Shown: positions 35,403 through 45,347 of the stretch, one piece after another
Layout of the letters: every line of letters starts with the position of its first letter
Numbering within the stretch: the stretch's first letter is position 1
Translations under genes and position numbers: made by a program
Notes under the pieces: model-generated
What the model was told of the DNA's origin: nothing
What the model saw: the letters and a program-made list of their open reading frames with translations, nothing else
Database searches by the model: none
Virus record (IMG/VR): IMGVR_UViG_3300032321_001382
DNA from: a virus
Taxonomy: Duplodnaviria > Heunggongvirae > Uroviricota > Caudoviricetes
Direction: 5' to 3' (one strand)
DNA: 56,245 nt

Positions 35403-37498
35403 TGAAGGTAACTAAAGAAGAATTACAACAATTTGGACTATACGAAAGTCTACCACAGACATTGAAAGAAATGACTGATGGGGATTATTTTGTGTTTTAT
35501 TATAAGGTTGATGAAGAAAATGTAAAACTAGAAGTGTTTGAAACACAGATAGTTAAACAAATTAACCTCTCTTTATATAGAGGAATGGCTACCAAAAAAG
35601 CTGATAAGGTTGGATTTTTTACAAATACTTTTGAAACAAAAGATGGTCTTTTTTATCAATTTTTAAGAACATATAACACAACAGAAAAAGTTAAATTGTT
35701 TTATTCTTTTGCAGTAGAGCAAGATAAGATTATAGACTTGAATGTATCAACCGATGCAGTTAATACAATAAGACAATCTGACGACTTTAGAAGAGCAGTA
35801 TCATATTTTGCACCTAATAGAATACAAACTATTATGTTTGTTTATGACATGGTAAACGAAGCGACCCAGAATAGGTTATCAAAGACCTTGTATGGAGATA
35901 TGATAAAAAAGGTAGTCAATTTGGTTAAATTCGATGGTGGTGTACTTCCAGAAATGGGTGGATATTTAAGATTTATGGTAATCGGTGAGAAATCCGAATT
36001 AACAAAAACACAAATAGAAAAATTAGAAGAAGCAAAACTTTTAGTTCGTTCATTACAAGATTTAGAAAAAGTTTATTCCTATACTGGTTGGGCTTTAAGT
36101 GGAAGAGATGGTAAGTGGAGAACTAACATAGCAGATAATGAAGCATTTTTAAAGAAAGATTTGCTTTACGAAAACAATGGAAGAAATTTATATTTACCAA
36201 ATGGAAGTAAGGTAGAGGATGTATTAAATATTGTAAATAACCCACAAAATATATATACTTCTAATTATAAAGGTAGATTAATAGATGTATTATCACACCC
36301 CACTTTATTTGAATATTATCCAAAACTAGCATTGTTGCCATTAATTTATTACTATGGTGATAATCCTTCTGGTGGACAATCTTTTTATTTTAATCCAAAC
36401 GAAAGAGGTGGGTATATATTGATTAATGGTTCTAAACAAAGTGGAGATTCTTTGTCTATATTATTGCATGAAATACAACACTATGTTCAATCAGTTGAAG
36501 GTTATGCGACTGGCGGTAATTTATTTTTCGCACAATTTGTAGCATCTGTAGGAAGCAGTTCAGTTAGAACAATTTTCGCTTGTATTAATAGAATGGAAAG
36601 ATATTTTAGAGAAGATTTGGTTAGTGATGATGCAAGATTAGAAATAACACAAGTTATTGAAAATCAATTAACTAAGACAAATGAAGCAAGACAACTTAAA
36701 AATGAAATTCTAAAATTATTAATTAATAAAGAGGATTATCAATATAATTACAAGAGTATTAATTTTTATTTAGTATTATTTGTTGCGGAAGAAGGCGATT
36801 TTTCTACAAATAACATTGTTCTTTATTTACAAAAGAAATTAGGTGATATTGTATTTGAATTATTTGAAAATGTATCAGATGGATATAGTCAAGCAAAAAA
36901 ATATCGTGAAAAGTTAATATCCGAAGGTTATAGAGAGGATGATATAAGAAATATTTTATTCAAAAGCTATGAAAATCTATACGGAGAATTAGAAAGCAGA
37001 AGCACTCAATCTTCTAGATATGTGGATAGTGAGTATAAAAATTATTTTTACTTAACAAAATGGGAAAACTCACCTATTCAGCAAATAACTGTAATAGATG
37101 GTGTTGAACAAATAATTGATTGTACTAAAATAAAAGCCGCAGTTGAAACAAAGGATGATGCTTATGTAATGCATTTTCAAAAAACAATATCAGCTGAACC
37201 AATTTTACATGAATTGGGTCATATAGTACATGATGCATTAAAAACATTGGGTCAAAATCACATAATTGAGAAGGAATTTGACAAGGAGATGATGATAGAT
37301 GACATTGATGAGTTTTTCGTACTAAAGTTTTTAGGATATTTAAAAGAAAACATAGATGATTTTGATTTAGCAAATGATGTTAGATTAAACTTTGCCGTTA
37401 GAGGAAACGAGAAAATTAATAAATTACTAGATGACTTTTTTGCTGAGAAATCAGTAAATGAGAGATTACAATACTTACAAACTATTTTATCATTATAA
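35402..37498 (+). CDS. LPD23-domain / zincin metallopeptidase polyvalent protein
   Basis: TGW....DGKWR..I.D, L.DVLSHP.LF..YP.L, LLHEIQH.VQ..EG.A.GGN, Y..L.GE.E.R, and a second HELGH near the C-terminus. Confidence 0.8.
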   Translation: MKVTKEELQQFGLYESLPQTLKEMTDGDYFVFYYKVDEENVKLEVFETQIVKQINLSLYRGMATKKADKVGFFTNTFETKDGLFYQFLRTYNTTEKVKLFYSFAVEQDKIIDLNVSTDAVNTIRQSDDFRRAVSYFAPNRIQTIMFVYDMVNEATQNRLSKTLYGDMIKKVVNLVKFDGGVLPEMGGYLRFMVIGEKSELTKTQIEKLEEAKLLVRSLQDLEKVYSYTGWALSGRDGKWRTNIADNEAFLKKDLLYENNGRNLYLPNGSKVEDVLNIVNNPQNIYTSNYKGRLIDVLSHPTLFEYYPKLALLPLIYYYGDNPSGGQSFYFNPNERGGYILINGSKQSGDSLSILLHEIQHYVQSVEGYATGGNLFFAQFVASVGSSSVRTIFACINRMERYFREDLVSDDARLEITQVIENQLTKTNEARQLKNEILKLLINKEDYQYNYKSINFYLVLFVAEEGDFSTNNIVLYLQKKLGDIVFELFENVSDGYSQAKKYREKLISEGYREDDIRNILFKSYENLYGELESRSTQSSRYVDSEYKNYFYLTKWENSPIQQITVIDGVEQIIDCTKIKAAVETKDDAYVMHFQKTISAEPILHELGHIVHDALKTLGQNHIIEKEFDKEMMIDDIDEFFVLKFLGYLKENIDDFDLANDVRLNFAVRGNEKINKLLDDFFAEKSVNERLQYLQTILSL

Positions 37499-37499
37499 G

Positions 37500-39302
37500 A
37501 TGGCATCATTAAAAGAAAAGGTAAAAGATATAGCATCTGAAATAAAAGGTGAAGATGAAAACTTTGAAATAACACTATTTCAGTCTGGTGATGAAATGGT
37601 TATACCCATTACAGATGAATTCCAAGGTAAGGCTGGTGGAGATGGTAAATCAAATGTTGTAGGTACGCCACAAAGTGGTGATGGCGGTGGTGATGATACT
37701 GGAACCCATGGTGATAGTGGAGATGAAAATCCAGAAGAAACTCCAGATATAAATTTAGGTCCAGATGCTGGTGGACAAGATGGCGATGGTGGTGGACAAG
37801 GCGATGAGGGTGGACAAGGTCGCGAAGGTGATGGAGAAGGTGGTGGTAATCAGAATCAGCAAACTAGAATAAAAGTAGGAGATAAAGTAAGAAACAAGAC
37901 AACTGGAGCAGAAGGTGTGGTTACATCTATAAATACCGATGGAACTTATAAGGTTGGACCAGTTCAAATGGAAGATGGCGGAAATATTGATTATAGTGGA
38001 GTTGATTATTGCGGATGCGATGATAAGATGGAAGATGGTGGTATTACACAAGTTCAATCAGATGTTATCGTTGATAATCAAACAATTAGCGCACCACTTG
38101 TAGGAGATTATACAGAAGATGAAATTGAGGTTATAAGACCAGAAAATCAAGGACAAGGACAAGGTCAAGGTCAAGGACAAGGACAAGGACAAGGTCAAGG
38201 ACAAGGACAAGGTCAAGGTCAAGGACAAGGACAAGGTCAAGGACAAGGTCAAGGTCAAGGACAAGGTCAAGGTCAAGGACAAGGTCAAGGTCAAGGTCAA
38301 GGACAAGGACAAGGTCAAGGACAAGGTCAGGAACCCCAAGACATGAGAGCACTTATAGATGATTTACAAGTTAGATTGGAAAGAATAAAATCGCACAAGT
38401 TTAAATTGCCAATGTTTCTAAAAATGTTCTTTAACCAAAATTTAGAAATATCAAAAGAGCTTCAAAATAAGACAAACCTTATTTTATACAATAGGCTATC
38501 TAAAAATGTATTAAAATTAAAGAGCCCAATGCAAATAAACGATGCAGATGTTTATAAGTCATTGATTGTCAAGTATTTAACACACATAAGTTTTGTAAAT
38601 AATAATGTCAATTTTACTGATTTTATTTTAAAACAAACACCAATAATTAATAATTTTAATTTAGCATTTTCCTTTTCTGAAATAGAAGATATTTTAGAAA
38701 GTGAACAGCAAATGGAAGTTTTGGCGGCTCAATTACATATAAAATTCTTGGAAGATAGCATTTTAATAGATAATGCATATTATCGTATTTTATCTTTATC
38801 AGCATTTATGAACCCTGAATTATATTCAAATAAATACTTAAAATCTCACTTTGAATATGTTTTCAGGTATTACAATACCAATAATATAGCATTTACAAAT
38901 TTGCAAAATGGAGCACCATATTTAAACATAAAAATGACAGACGAGGACTTAATATTGGCTTTATCTAGTCTAAAACCATTAGAAAACCTTAATTTATACA
39001 ATATAATTCGCAAAAATGATGAATATTTTGTCTATAAATGCAAAAACATAAGACCTCGTGCTAATTTTGATGCATTAGAAATAACAAAAGACGACTTTTA
39101 TGGTATACAAGATGATAATATGGTAAATGATATACAAGACAACCTAATTAACTTTTACAAGTTCAGCGTTGAATTACAAAATAATAATCAAAATAAAAAT
39201 ATAACTTTGGCAAATTTAGAAAAATTAGGTAATTTGCAACAAGAGTCTTATACCTCTTTTTTGAGGGATTTAGACTTACAAACATTAAGATATGGCGTAT
39301 AA
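37500..39302 (+). CDS. Mosaic protein: acidic Gly-rich linker, KOW/SH3-like module, two MEDGG motifs, (GQ)30 and a C-terminal helical domain
   Basis: Start moved to ATG 37500; IKVGDKVRNK.TG.EGVV module. Confidence 0.85.
   Translation: MASLKEKVKDIASEIKGEDENFEITLFQSGDEMVIPITDEFQGKAGGDGKSNVVGTPQSGDGGGDDTGTHGDSGDENPEETPDINLGPDAGGQDGDGGGQGDEGGQGREGDGEGGGNQNQQTRIKVGDKVRNKTTGAEGVVTSINTDGTYKVGPVQMEDGGNIDYSGVDYCGCDDKMEDGGITQVQSDVIVDNQTISAPLVGDYTEDEIEVIRPENQGQGQGQGQGQGQGQGQGQGQGQGQGQGQGQGQGQGQGQGQGQGQGQGQGQGQGQGQGQGQEPQDMRALIDDLQVRLERIKSHKFKLPMFLKMFFNQNLEISKELQNKTNLILYNRLSKNVLKLKSPMQINDADVYKSLIVKYLTHISFVNNNVNFTDFILKQTPIINNFNLAFSFSEIEDILESEQQMEVLAAQLHIKFLEDSILIDNAYYRILSLSAFMNPELYSNKYLKSHFEYVFRYYNTNNIAFTNLQNGAPYLNIKMTDEDLILALSSLKPLENLNLYNIIRKNDEYFVYKCKNIRPRANFDALEITKDDFYGIQDDNMVNDIQDNLINFYKFSVELQNNNQNKNITLANLEKLGNLQQESYTSFLRDLDLQTLRYGV
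38148..38330 (+). repeat. Coding hexamer tandem repeat GGWCAA, Q(GQ)30
   Basis: About 30 units of GGACAA/GGTCAA in frame. Confidence 0.97.
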
Positions 39303-39954
39303 ATATTTTAGTCAGCAATTGGTTGACAAAAACTTATTGGATTTATCGGAAGTATTCCCTCAAAAGCAAGAAATTGCCCAAGAGCAGAATAATGTTGCCT
39401 ATAATTTAATGGATATAGTAATATATCTTCAAAAAGTTACCGAAAATTTTAAATTTACAGATGCTAAATATATTGACTTAGACCAAGCAATAAAAGCAAT
39501 AATTAACAAATATTATGTATCAATTAATCAAAAAAATCCATTTGATAATGATATAGACCTAGCCGCATTAGACCAATTTAAAGAAGGTGTTGTTCCAAGA
39601 GAGGCTGCAATCGTTAAAGAGGGTGAAGTTAAGGGAAAGGGTGTTGCTAAACCAGCTCCATCTAAAAAGGTTAAAGAGGAAGTAATAAGAGAGGTAAAAA
39701 CGCCAGCTCCATCTGAAATAGCTATTGACAAAGCTGATGATGTTAAAATTCAACAATTCAAAAATACTCTTGAAAACCTACAAATGTTATTTGATGACTC
39801 TACATTAGAGGAGCAAGATGATTTGATTAAATCACAAAGCAAAAGAGCTAGTGGATTAGAATTTTTCATTGAAGACTCTGAAGGAGAAGATGTTACATTC
39901 CAAAAGGAGCAATTAAAATTATTAAGAAACTTCATTTCAAAAAACACAAAATAA
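39292..39954 (+). CDS. Hypothetical protein
   Basis: 220-aa ORF with a K/E/P-rich linker. Confidence 0.85.
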   Translation: MAYKYFSQQLVDKNLLDLSEVFPQKQEIAQEQNNVAYNLMDIVIYLQKVTENFKFTDAKYIDLDQAIKAIINKYYVSINQKNPFDNDIDLAALDQFKEGVVPREAAIVKEGEVKGKGVAKPAPSKKVKEEVIREVKTPAPSEIAIDKADDVKIQQFKNTLENLQMLFDDSTLEEQDDLIKSQSKRASGLEFFIEDSEGEDVTFQKEQLKLLRNFISKNTK

Positions 39955-39955
39955 T

Positions 39956-41068
39956 ATGAATACTCAAGAAGTTATAGCAAAACTTAACAAGTATAAGGAA
40001 ATGCTTGAACAAGAAAGTGATGCAGATATTAGAGCTCGCTATGCATCAAAGATTTCTCAATTGGAAGTTAGTTTAAAAGAAGCAGAACAAAAAGTTGAAA
40101 AATTAGAAGAAAAAGTAGCTACAGAAGAAAAAAAAGAACTTTCCGAAGCGGAAAAAAAAATAAAGAAATATAAAGATTTCTTGGATAATGAAAGCGACCC
40201 AGATTTAAAAGCTCGTTACCAAAAAAAAATTAAAGAATTACAAGATTCATTAAAAGAGGTAAAAGAGGAAATTAAGGAAGAGAAAAAAGACGTAGCTGAA
40301 CAAAAAGCGGAAATTAAAAAAGCCGTTAAAGCCGTTAAGTCTGCTAAAGCAACTAAAGTCGAAAAGAAAGAAGCTATTAAAAAGGTTGAAAAGAAGGTTC
40401 GTGAAAGAAAAGAGGTGAGTGTTAAGAGAACAAGAAGAGGTAATAAGATTAAGAAAATCATAACAGATTTAGATAAGTTAATCGAAAGCAATAAAAAACT
40501 TAAACAAAAATATACTGGAAAGGGTGTTGATGTAAAAAAAGATGCAGCTCGTTCTGCAAAACCTTTTGGATATAGATTTGCGGGTAAACATGATTATCGT
40601 GTTCCAACTAAAGCTCAAATAAAAGAGGGAAAAGCTAGTGGTAAAGTAGTTTATGAATCAAGAGCTAATCGTTCTGATGTTTTCCCTACTCGTGCGGCTA
40701 AATTGGCTGATGGTGGAAAAACTCAAGGATACGATGATAGAGAAGATGAAAGATTATCAATGGAGCATGGTAAAATATCTAGTAAGGACTTAAAAAGCAC
40801 ACATTCACGCAGAGATGATGCTCAATTTGAAGAAAGAATGGCTAAAGGTGGTAAAGTAGGTCACACACACGAAGACAAAGTGAGATTTGCTAAACCAGCT
40901 GGATGGAGATGGAAAAATACGGCTGTAACAAAAAGAATAATAGATAAATCTGAATTATCAAAATCGCCATCTAAGGCTATGAGAGAAAAATATCCTAATT
41001 ATGTATATTTTGAAGATAGATTAAACAAAGCGGACAACAAGCCTTCGAGAAAATATTTAAGTGAATAA
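39956..41068 (+). CDS. Coiled-coil/basic mosaic protein with LADGG and MAKGG motifs
   Basis: Duplicated N-terminal coiled coil, Lys-rich linker, two AKP.G.R...VY.E.R.N..D modules and a GYDDREDERL module. Confidence 0.88.
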   Translation: MNTQEVIAKLNKYKEMLEQESDADIRARYASKISQLEVSLKEAEQKVEKLEEKVATEEKKELSEAEKKIKKYKDFLDNESDPDLKARYQKKIKELQDSLKEVKEEIKEEKKDVAEQKAEIKKAVKAVKSAKATKVEKKEAIKKVEKKVRERKEVSVKRTRRGNKIKKIITDLDKLIESNKKLKQKYTGKGVDVKKDAARSAKPFGYRFAGKHDYRVPTKAQIKEGKASGKVVYESRANRSDVFPTRAAKLADGGKTQGYDDREDERLSMEHGKISSKDLKSTHSRRDDAQFEERMAKGGKVGHTHEDKVRFAKPAGWRWKNTAVTKRIIDKSELSKSPSKAMREKYPNYVYFEDRLNKADNKPSRKYLSE

Positions 41069-41079
41069 ATAAAAATAAA

Positions 41080-41487
41080 ATGAAAAAAGTAGAAAAAGTT
41101 AAAAAAGAGAAAGGACTACAAACAGCAGATTTGCCAACAGCTATACAACAAGATATATCTGGCTTGCAAAAATTAATCGTTAAATACAACGAAGCTTGTG
41201 ATACTTATGAAAAATTAGACGAAATAAATGACAAAACAGAAGCTCAGTTAGATGCACTAGAAGATGAGATTTCAGAAGTAGAAGATTCGGTAGTAGAAAA
41301 AATAAACGCAATTGAAACCCCAAAGGTAGGAACCGATACTAAAGAAACTAAAGAAACTAATGAAACTAAAGAGAATAAAGTATCTGATAAGAAGTCTGAA
41401 AAAGACAATTCAGTTGGATGGCTTGTTTTTGGTGGAATAGCTTTAATAGTAACCCTAGGTGCTGTAAATGTTTTTAAAAATAAATAA
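41080..41487 (+). CDS. Tail-anchored acidic coiled-coil membrane protein
   Basis: C-terminus GWLVFGGIALIVTLGAVNVFKNK; paralog of 44819 and 45348. Confidence 0.85.
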   Translation: MKKVEKVKKEKGLQTADLPTAIQQDISGLQKLIVKYNEACDTYEKLDEINDKTEAQLDALEDEISEVEDSVVEKINAIETPKVGTDTKETKETNETKENKVSDKKSEKDNSVGWLVFGGIALIVTLGAVNVFKNK

Positions 41488-41513
41488 TATTTTTTTACAT
41501 ATGCATTTATATT

Positions 41514-41538
41514 AGGCTGTTAAAAACACAGCCTTTTT
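41514..41538 (+). terminator. Rho-independent terminator
   Basis: AGGCTGT-TAAAAAC-ACAGCCT followed by TTTT. Confidence 0.75.
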
Positions 41539-41556
41539 GCATAAAAAAAGATTTGC

Positions 41557-41874
41557 ATGAAGTCTATTGAAGGTTTAAGAATGTTATTAGAGGAAGACGA
41601 ATTGGGAAAACATAAGATTGAAGAAGTTGTAAAAAAAAGGATTAATGGATTGGATGAGTTGGCTGAAGACGGAGATTTAGAGGCTCAAGAATATGCTAAA
41701 GGACTTAGAAATCTATTAAGAGAAAGCTTTAAACATGGTGGAAAAATTAGTAAATTAGAGGAACAAGAAAAGACTTATATGAATTTGCTTAGAAAAACAC
41801 AAAACCAAGCCAATAGGACTTTGATTATAAAAAAATTAGAAGACATCGACAAACAAAAAAAATCTTTCAAATGA
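41557..41874 (+). CDS. Small two-module protein split by FKHGG
   Basis: An acidic module and a basic module either side of the motif. Confidence 0.75.
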   Translation: MKSIEGLRMLLEEDELGKHKIEEVVKKRINGLDELAEDGDLEAQEYAKGLRNLLRESFKHGGKISKLEEQEKTYMNLLRKTQNQANRTLIIKKLEDIDKQKKSFK

Positions 41875-44777
41875 AAAGAGTTAGAAAATATACATATTTA
41901 CCAAAAGAAGAAATTGAGGTAATTGAAACAAAAAGTGGCGAAACCATTAAAAGTAAAGAAATACTAGATGGTAACTATGTAAAATCAAAGTCTGCTGCTA
42001 AAAAAGTAGTTAAAAGTAAATATGCTAAAGGTGGTAAGGTAGGTGTAAAAGAGTATAAAATATACCCTATGAAACCTACTGGTGTAAAAGGAATGATAAC
42101 AAATGATTATGATAATATGGAAACATTTGTTGGAACTGAAGATGAAGCAATAACAAAAGCAAAAGAAATAGCAAATTCAAATCCTAATTTTGTAAGAGTT
42201 GAAGTAAAATTGCGATTAAAAACCAAAACCAATACCGTTGGTATAGTTGATGGTCAAAATAAACAATATGCTAAAGGTGGTAAAACGCCAATAGTAAGAA
42301 CACAATTTGAAGAAGAAGAATTCGAATATGCTGATGGTGGTAGAATTAAAGTTGGAACTTTCAACGAAGAACAACTTATAAATAAAGAAGATAAAAAAGC
42401 TGTTGAAAAAGCAAAAGAAGAAAGTGGATTGAAATATGTTGAAACAAAAATTATTAAGAAAGGTGGCAAGATGTATATGGAAGTTTATTTAATTCCAAAT
42501 GAAGAATATTATAATTCATCAAAGTTTTCCGATGGCGGTATGATGGCTAAAGGTGGAATAACAAAGTACACTACTAATGAAATGATGGATATAATTTATA
42601 AAGATTTAGGAATTGTTGAAATGAAAAAATATACATCGGAAGATGGTTATATTGATATAGATGAATTAGCTAAAAAAGCTGGATTTAGACGCTCATATAT
42701 AATAGGGAAAAATGATTATTGGAGAAAAGATATAACTGATGATTTTGCTGAAGGCGGTATCCCAAGTCAAATACCAAGTAGGATTGTAAGGAATGCAGCA
42801 AAAGCAGCTAAAGAACATAATGAGGATGTAAAAATATATTATAGTAATAAAGATAAAGAGTTCCACTATTCTATAGTTAGAGCCATCAGATATAATGATG
42901 TTTTAGTTGGAGTTGTTTCACCAAGTGGAGAAGTAAAAAATGACGATAACTTTTTTTATAATCAAGAAGATTATAATAATTATATTTCCAGAAGGGATGA
43001 AGTGTTAGAACAAACTAATAAGATGGCTGATGGCGGAAATGTAACAGACAAAGAAGTTGCTGATAGTAATGTTCAAATGTTAAAAAGCAATATTAAATCT
43101 ATTAAGCATCATGCAGAAGAGTTAGAACACGCTATTAAGGACAATTCAGAAGTAGAAGGATGGGTTTTAGCTAAAGCCGATAGGGCTGCAACTGCTATGT
43201 CTGATATTACCCACTACCTAGATGGCAGAAAGATGGCTGGTGGTGGAATGGTTGCTGGATACTATTATAAAGACAAAGGTGGCAGTGAGTTAAGATTTGT
43301 AGGACCAGATAGCAAAGATGAAAACAAGGGCATATTTAAAGATGGAGACAAATATTTTAACAAGTCATATGATGATTTCGAAGAAGAGAAAGAAAACAAA
43401 TCATTTTGGTTTGGAAATGGAGGTTATATGCCTAAAGGAAAATCAAGAAAACTATCAGTGTCTGAAAAGGCGGAAGAAATGGTTGGTAGAAATACTTGGA
43501 ATACATTAGATGCCGTAGAAAAAGAAGGCGTTATTGGCGAGTTAATCGCTGATGGAGCATTAGCCATAACTATGGATACTGGCGGTATAATTGATGCCAA
43601 TGATTGGAATAGCTCATCTACCGATGAAAAAATATATGCATTAAAAAAGGCTGGTTATTCTTTTAATATGGCATCAGAAATGAGCTTATTACCATATGAA
43701 GAAGTTCCAATGTGGGTAAGAGAAGATTTTAAAAAGCACGTTATAATCATCGGAGATTATCACATCCATTTAAATAATTTACCAAAAAGCTTCTATGGAG
43801 TTGATATGGGTAAATTCTTGGTTTTCAATGGTAAAGAAGAATTATTACATTCTAGCGACACTTTAGAAGAGGCAAAAGCATGGGCTACTGAAGAAGCAAG
43901 ATTAGATAAAGAAGATTCACAAGATTACGAAATGGTTTCTGATTGTTGCGGTGCTGCAAAAGGAGAATATACCGATATATGCCCAGAATGTAATGAACAT
44001 TGTTCTTGGGAAAAATCATATTTTGCAGAAGGTGGTGTTACCGAAGCAGTTAAGTTTAAGGTTGTATATAAAATTAAGGATGCCGAACCAAAAGAGAAAG
44101 TTTTTGATAACGCTGAAAAAGCTGAGTTTTTCTTAGAAACAATCAAAGAAGATGACGACATAGAATCTGCAAACTTAGTTGAGGTAAAACCAGAAAAAAA
44201 GGCAAAACCAACAAATCTATTTGCTGCAGCTAAACCAGCTACGACAACAGCTGCTAGTAAAAAAGGCAAAGAAGATGTTTTTGTTTCAGGAATAGCTGAT
44301 GAAATAGCTCGATATGACGCATTAAAGGCTATAATTAAGAATGCAGAATCTGAACAATCACTTATTGGAGATAGGTTAAAAGAAGTTGGGGTAGATAAGT
44401 TTTTAGAACTTTATGAGTTGAGAAGAAGAAATCCAGATACATTTAACCTAGCCGATGAGGACAAGAAAATTATGTTTATCGTAATGGATAAGTATAAAAA
44501 AGTAGAACCAGAGAAGGCTGCAATGTTGGAGAATTATAGTGGTTTATTAGAAACAATAACTACTTATAAATTCAATCCAGAATTACTAGACAGAACTGGT
44601 GAAATAGTAAGTAGGTTAATAATGGAAAGTTCAGAACTAACAGATGAAGAAAAAGCTAACTTAATAATTGCAGAAACTAAGATGCAAATTCAAAAAGGAG
44701 CAATTGATAGATTATTGGACTATGATAATCCAGCACAAATATTCACATTAATTGAACCAATATTGGCATTGAAATAA
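41871..44777 (+). CDS. 968-aa mosaic polyprotein-like protein with 11 [FYM]xxGG motifs
   Basis: YAKGG x2, YADGG, FSDGG, MAKGG, FAEGG x2, MADGG, MAGGG, FGNGG and MDTGG delimit modules, including a helical WV..K module and a CCGA...CPEC.EHC zinc module. Confidence 0.92.
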   Translation: MKRVRKYTYLPKEEIEVIETKSGETIKSKEILDGNYVKSKSAAKKVVKSKYAKGGKVGVKEYKIYPMKPTGVKGMITNDYDNMETFVGTEDEAITKAKEIANSNPNFVRVEVKLRLKTKTNTVGIVDGQNKQYAKGGKTPIVRTQFEEEEFEYADGGRIKVGTFNEEQLINKEDKKAVEKAKEESGLKYVETKIIKKGGKMYMEVYLIPNEEYYNSSKFSDGGMMAKGGITKYTTNEMMDIIYKDLGIVEMKKYTSEDGYIDIDELAKKAGFRRSYIIGKNDYWRKDITDDFAEGGIPSQIPSRIVRNAAKAAKEHNEDVKIYYSNKDKEFHYSIVRAIRYNDVLVGVVSPSGEVKNDDNFFYNQEDYNNYISRRDEVLEQTNKMADGGNVTDKEVADSNVQMLKSNIKSIKHHAEELEHAIKDNSEVEGWVLAKADRAATAMSDITHYLDGRKMAGGGMVAGYYYKDKGGSELRFVGPDSKDENKGIFKDGDKYFNKSYDDFEEEKENKSFWFGNGGYMPKGKSRKLSVSEKAEEMVGRNTWNTLDAVEKEGVIGELIADGALAITMDTGGIIDANDWNSSSTDEKIYALKKAGYSFNMASEMSLLPYEEVPMWVREDFKKHVIIIGDYHIHLNNLPKSFYGVDMGKFLVFNGKEELLHSSDTLEEAKAWATEEARLDKEDSQDYEMVSDCCGAAKGEYTDICPECNEHCSWEKSYFAEGGVTEAVKFKVVYKIKDAEPKEKVFDNAEKAEFFLETIKEDDDIESANLVEVKPEKKAKPTNLFAAAKPATTTAASKKGKEDVFVSGIADEIARYDALKAIIKNAESEQSLIGDRLKEVGVDKFLELYELRRRNPDTFNLADEDKKIMFIVMDKYKKVEPEKAAMLENYSGLLETITTYKFNPELLDRTGEIVSRLIMESSELTDEEKANLIIAETKMQIQKGAIDRLLDYDNPAQIFTLIEPILALK

Positions 44778-44818
44778 GAATTTTAATATATATTTAGTAA
44801 AAATAAAAAAAATAAAAC

Positions 44819-45337
44819 ATGAACTGGAGAAAAAAAATTAAAGAAAACGGGTTTGAATTGAGCAGTTATTCAAAAAAAATTGAATCTAGTGCAAATCAAT
44901 TAGACAACTTAGAAAAAGAGAAAAAAGAGTTGATAAAGAGTTTAAAAACAGCACCAGAAGAAGAGCTAGAAGGAATTGGTGATGAAATTGTAAAATTGGA
45001 AGAAACAATAGAGGAATTAGACTCAAATCTATGTTCCAACATTGATAAGTATGATAACAATAGAGAAAAGTATAAGCTTTTAGGTGAAAAATTAAAGGCA
45101 TCAAGAGAAGCAGCAGCTAAAAAACCAAAAGCTAATGCAGAGCCGCAGCCAGAGCCTCAGCCAGAGCCTCAGCCAGTGGTGCAGCCACAACCTGAGCCTC
45201 AAAATGAGCCGCAACAGTCTAAACAACAGTTAGAATCTCAAACAGAGCCTAAAAAAAGTAAAGGTGGATGGGTTTTAGCTGGAGCTTTATTAGTAGTTGG
45301 GTCAATAATTGGCATTAATTTATTAAGAAAAAAATAA
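44819..45337 (+). CDS. Tail-anchored coiled-coil protein with a PEPQ repeat linker
   Basis: EPQPEPQP repeats; C-terminus GWVLAGALLVVGSIIGINLLRKK. Confidence 0.88.
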   Translation: MNWRKKIKENGFELSSYSKKIESSANQLDNLEKEKKELIKSLKTAPEEELEGIGDEIVKLEETIEELDSNLCSNIDKYDNNREKYKLLGEKLKASREAAAKKPKANAEPQPEPQPEPQPVVQPQPEPQNEPQQSKQQLESQTEPKKSKGGWVLAGALLVVGSIIGINLLRKK

Positions 45338-45347
45338 AAGAGAAAAT

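Noticed and set aside
38148-38330. Repeat region as a CRISPR array
   Set aside because: It is an in-frame hexamer repeat with no spacers; no cas genes or repeat-spacer arrays were seen anywhere in the window.
37755-38352. Minus-strand ORFs with LTLSL and VLDL repeats
   Set aside because: They are antisense shadows of the (GQ)30 repeat and the Gly-rich linker.
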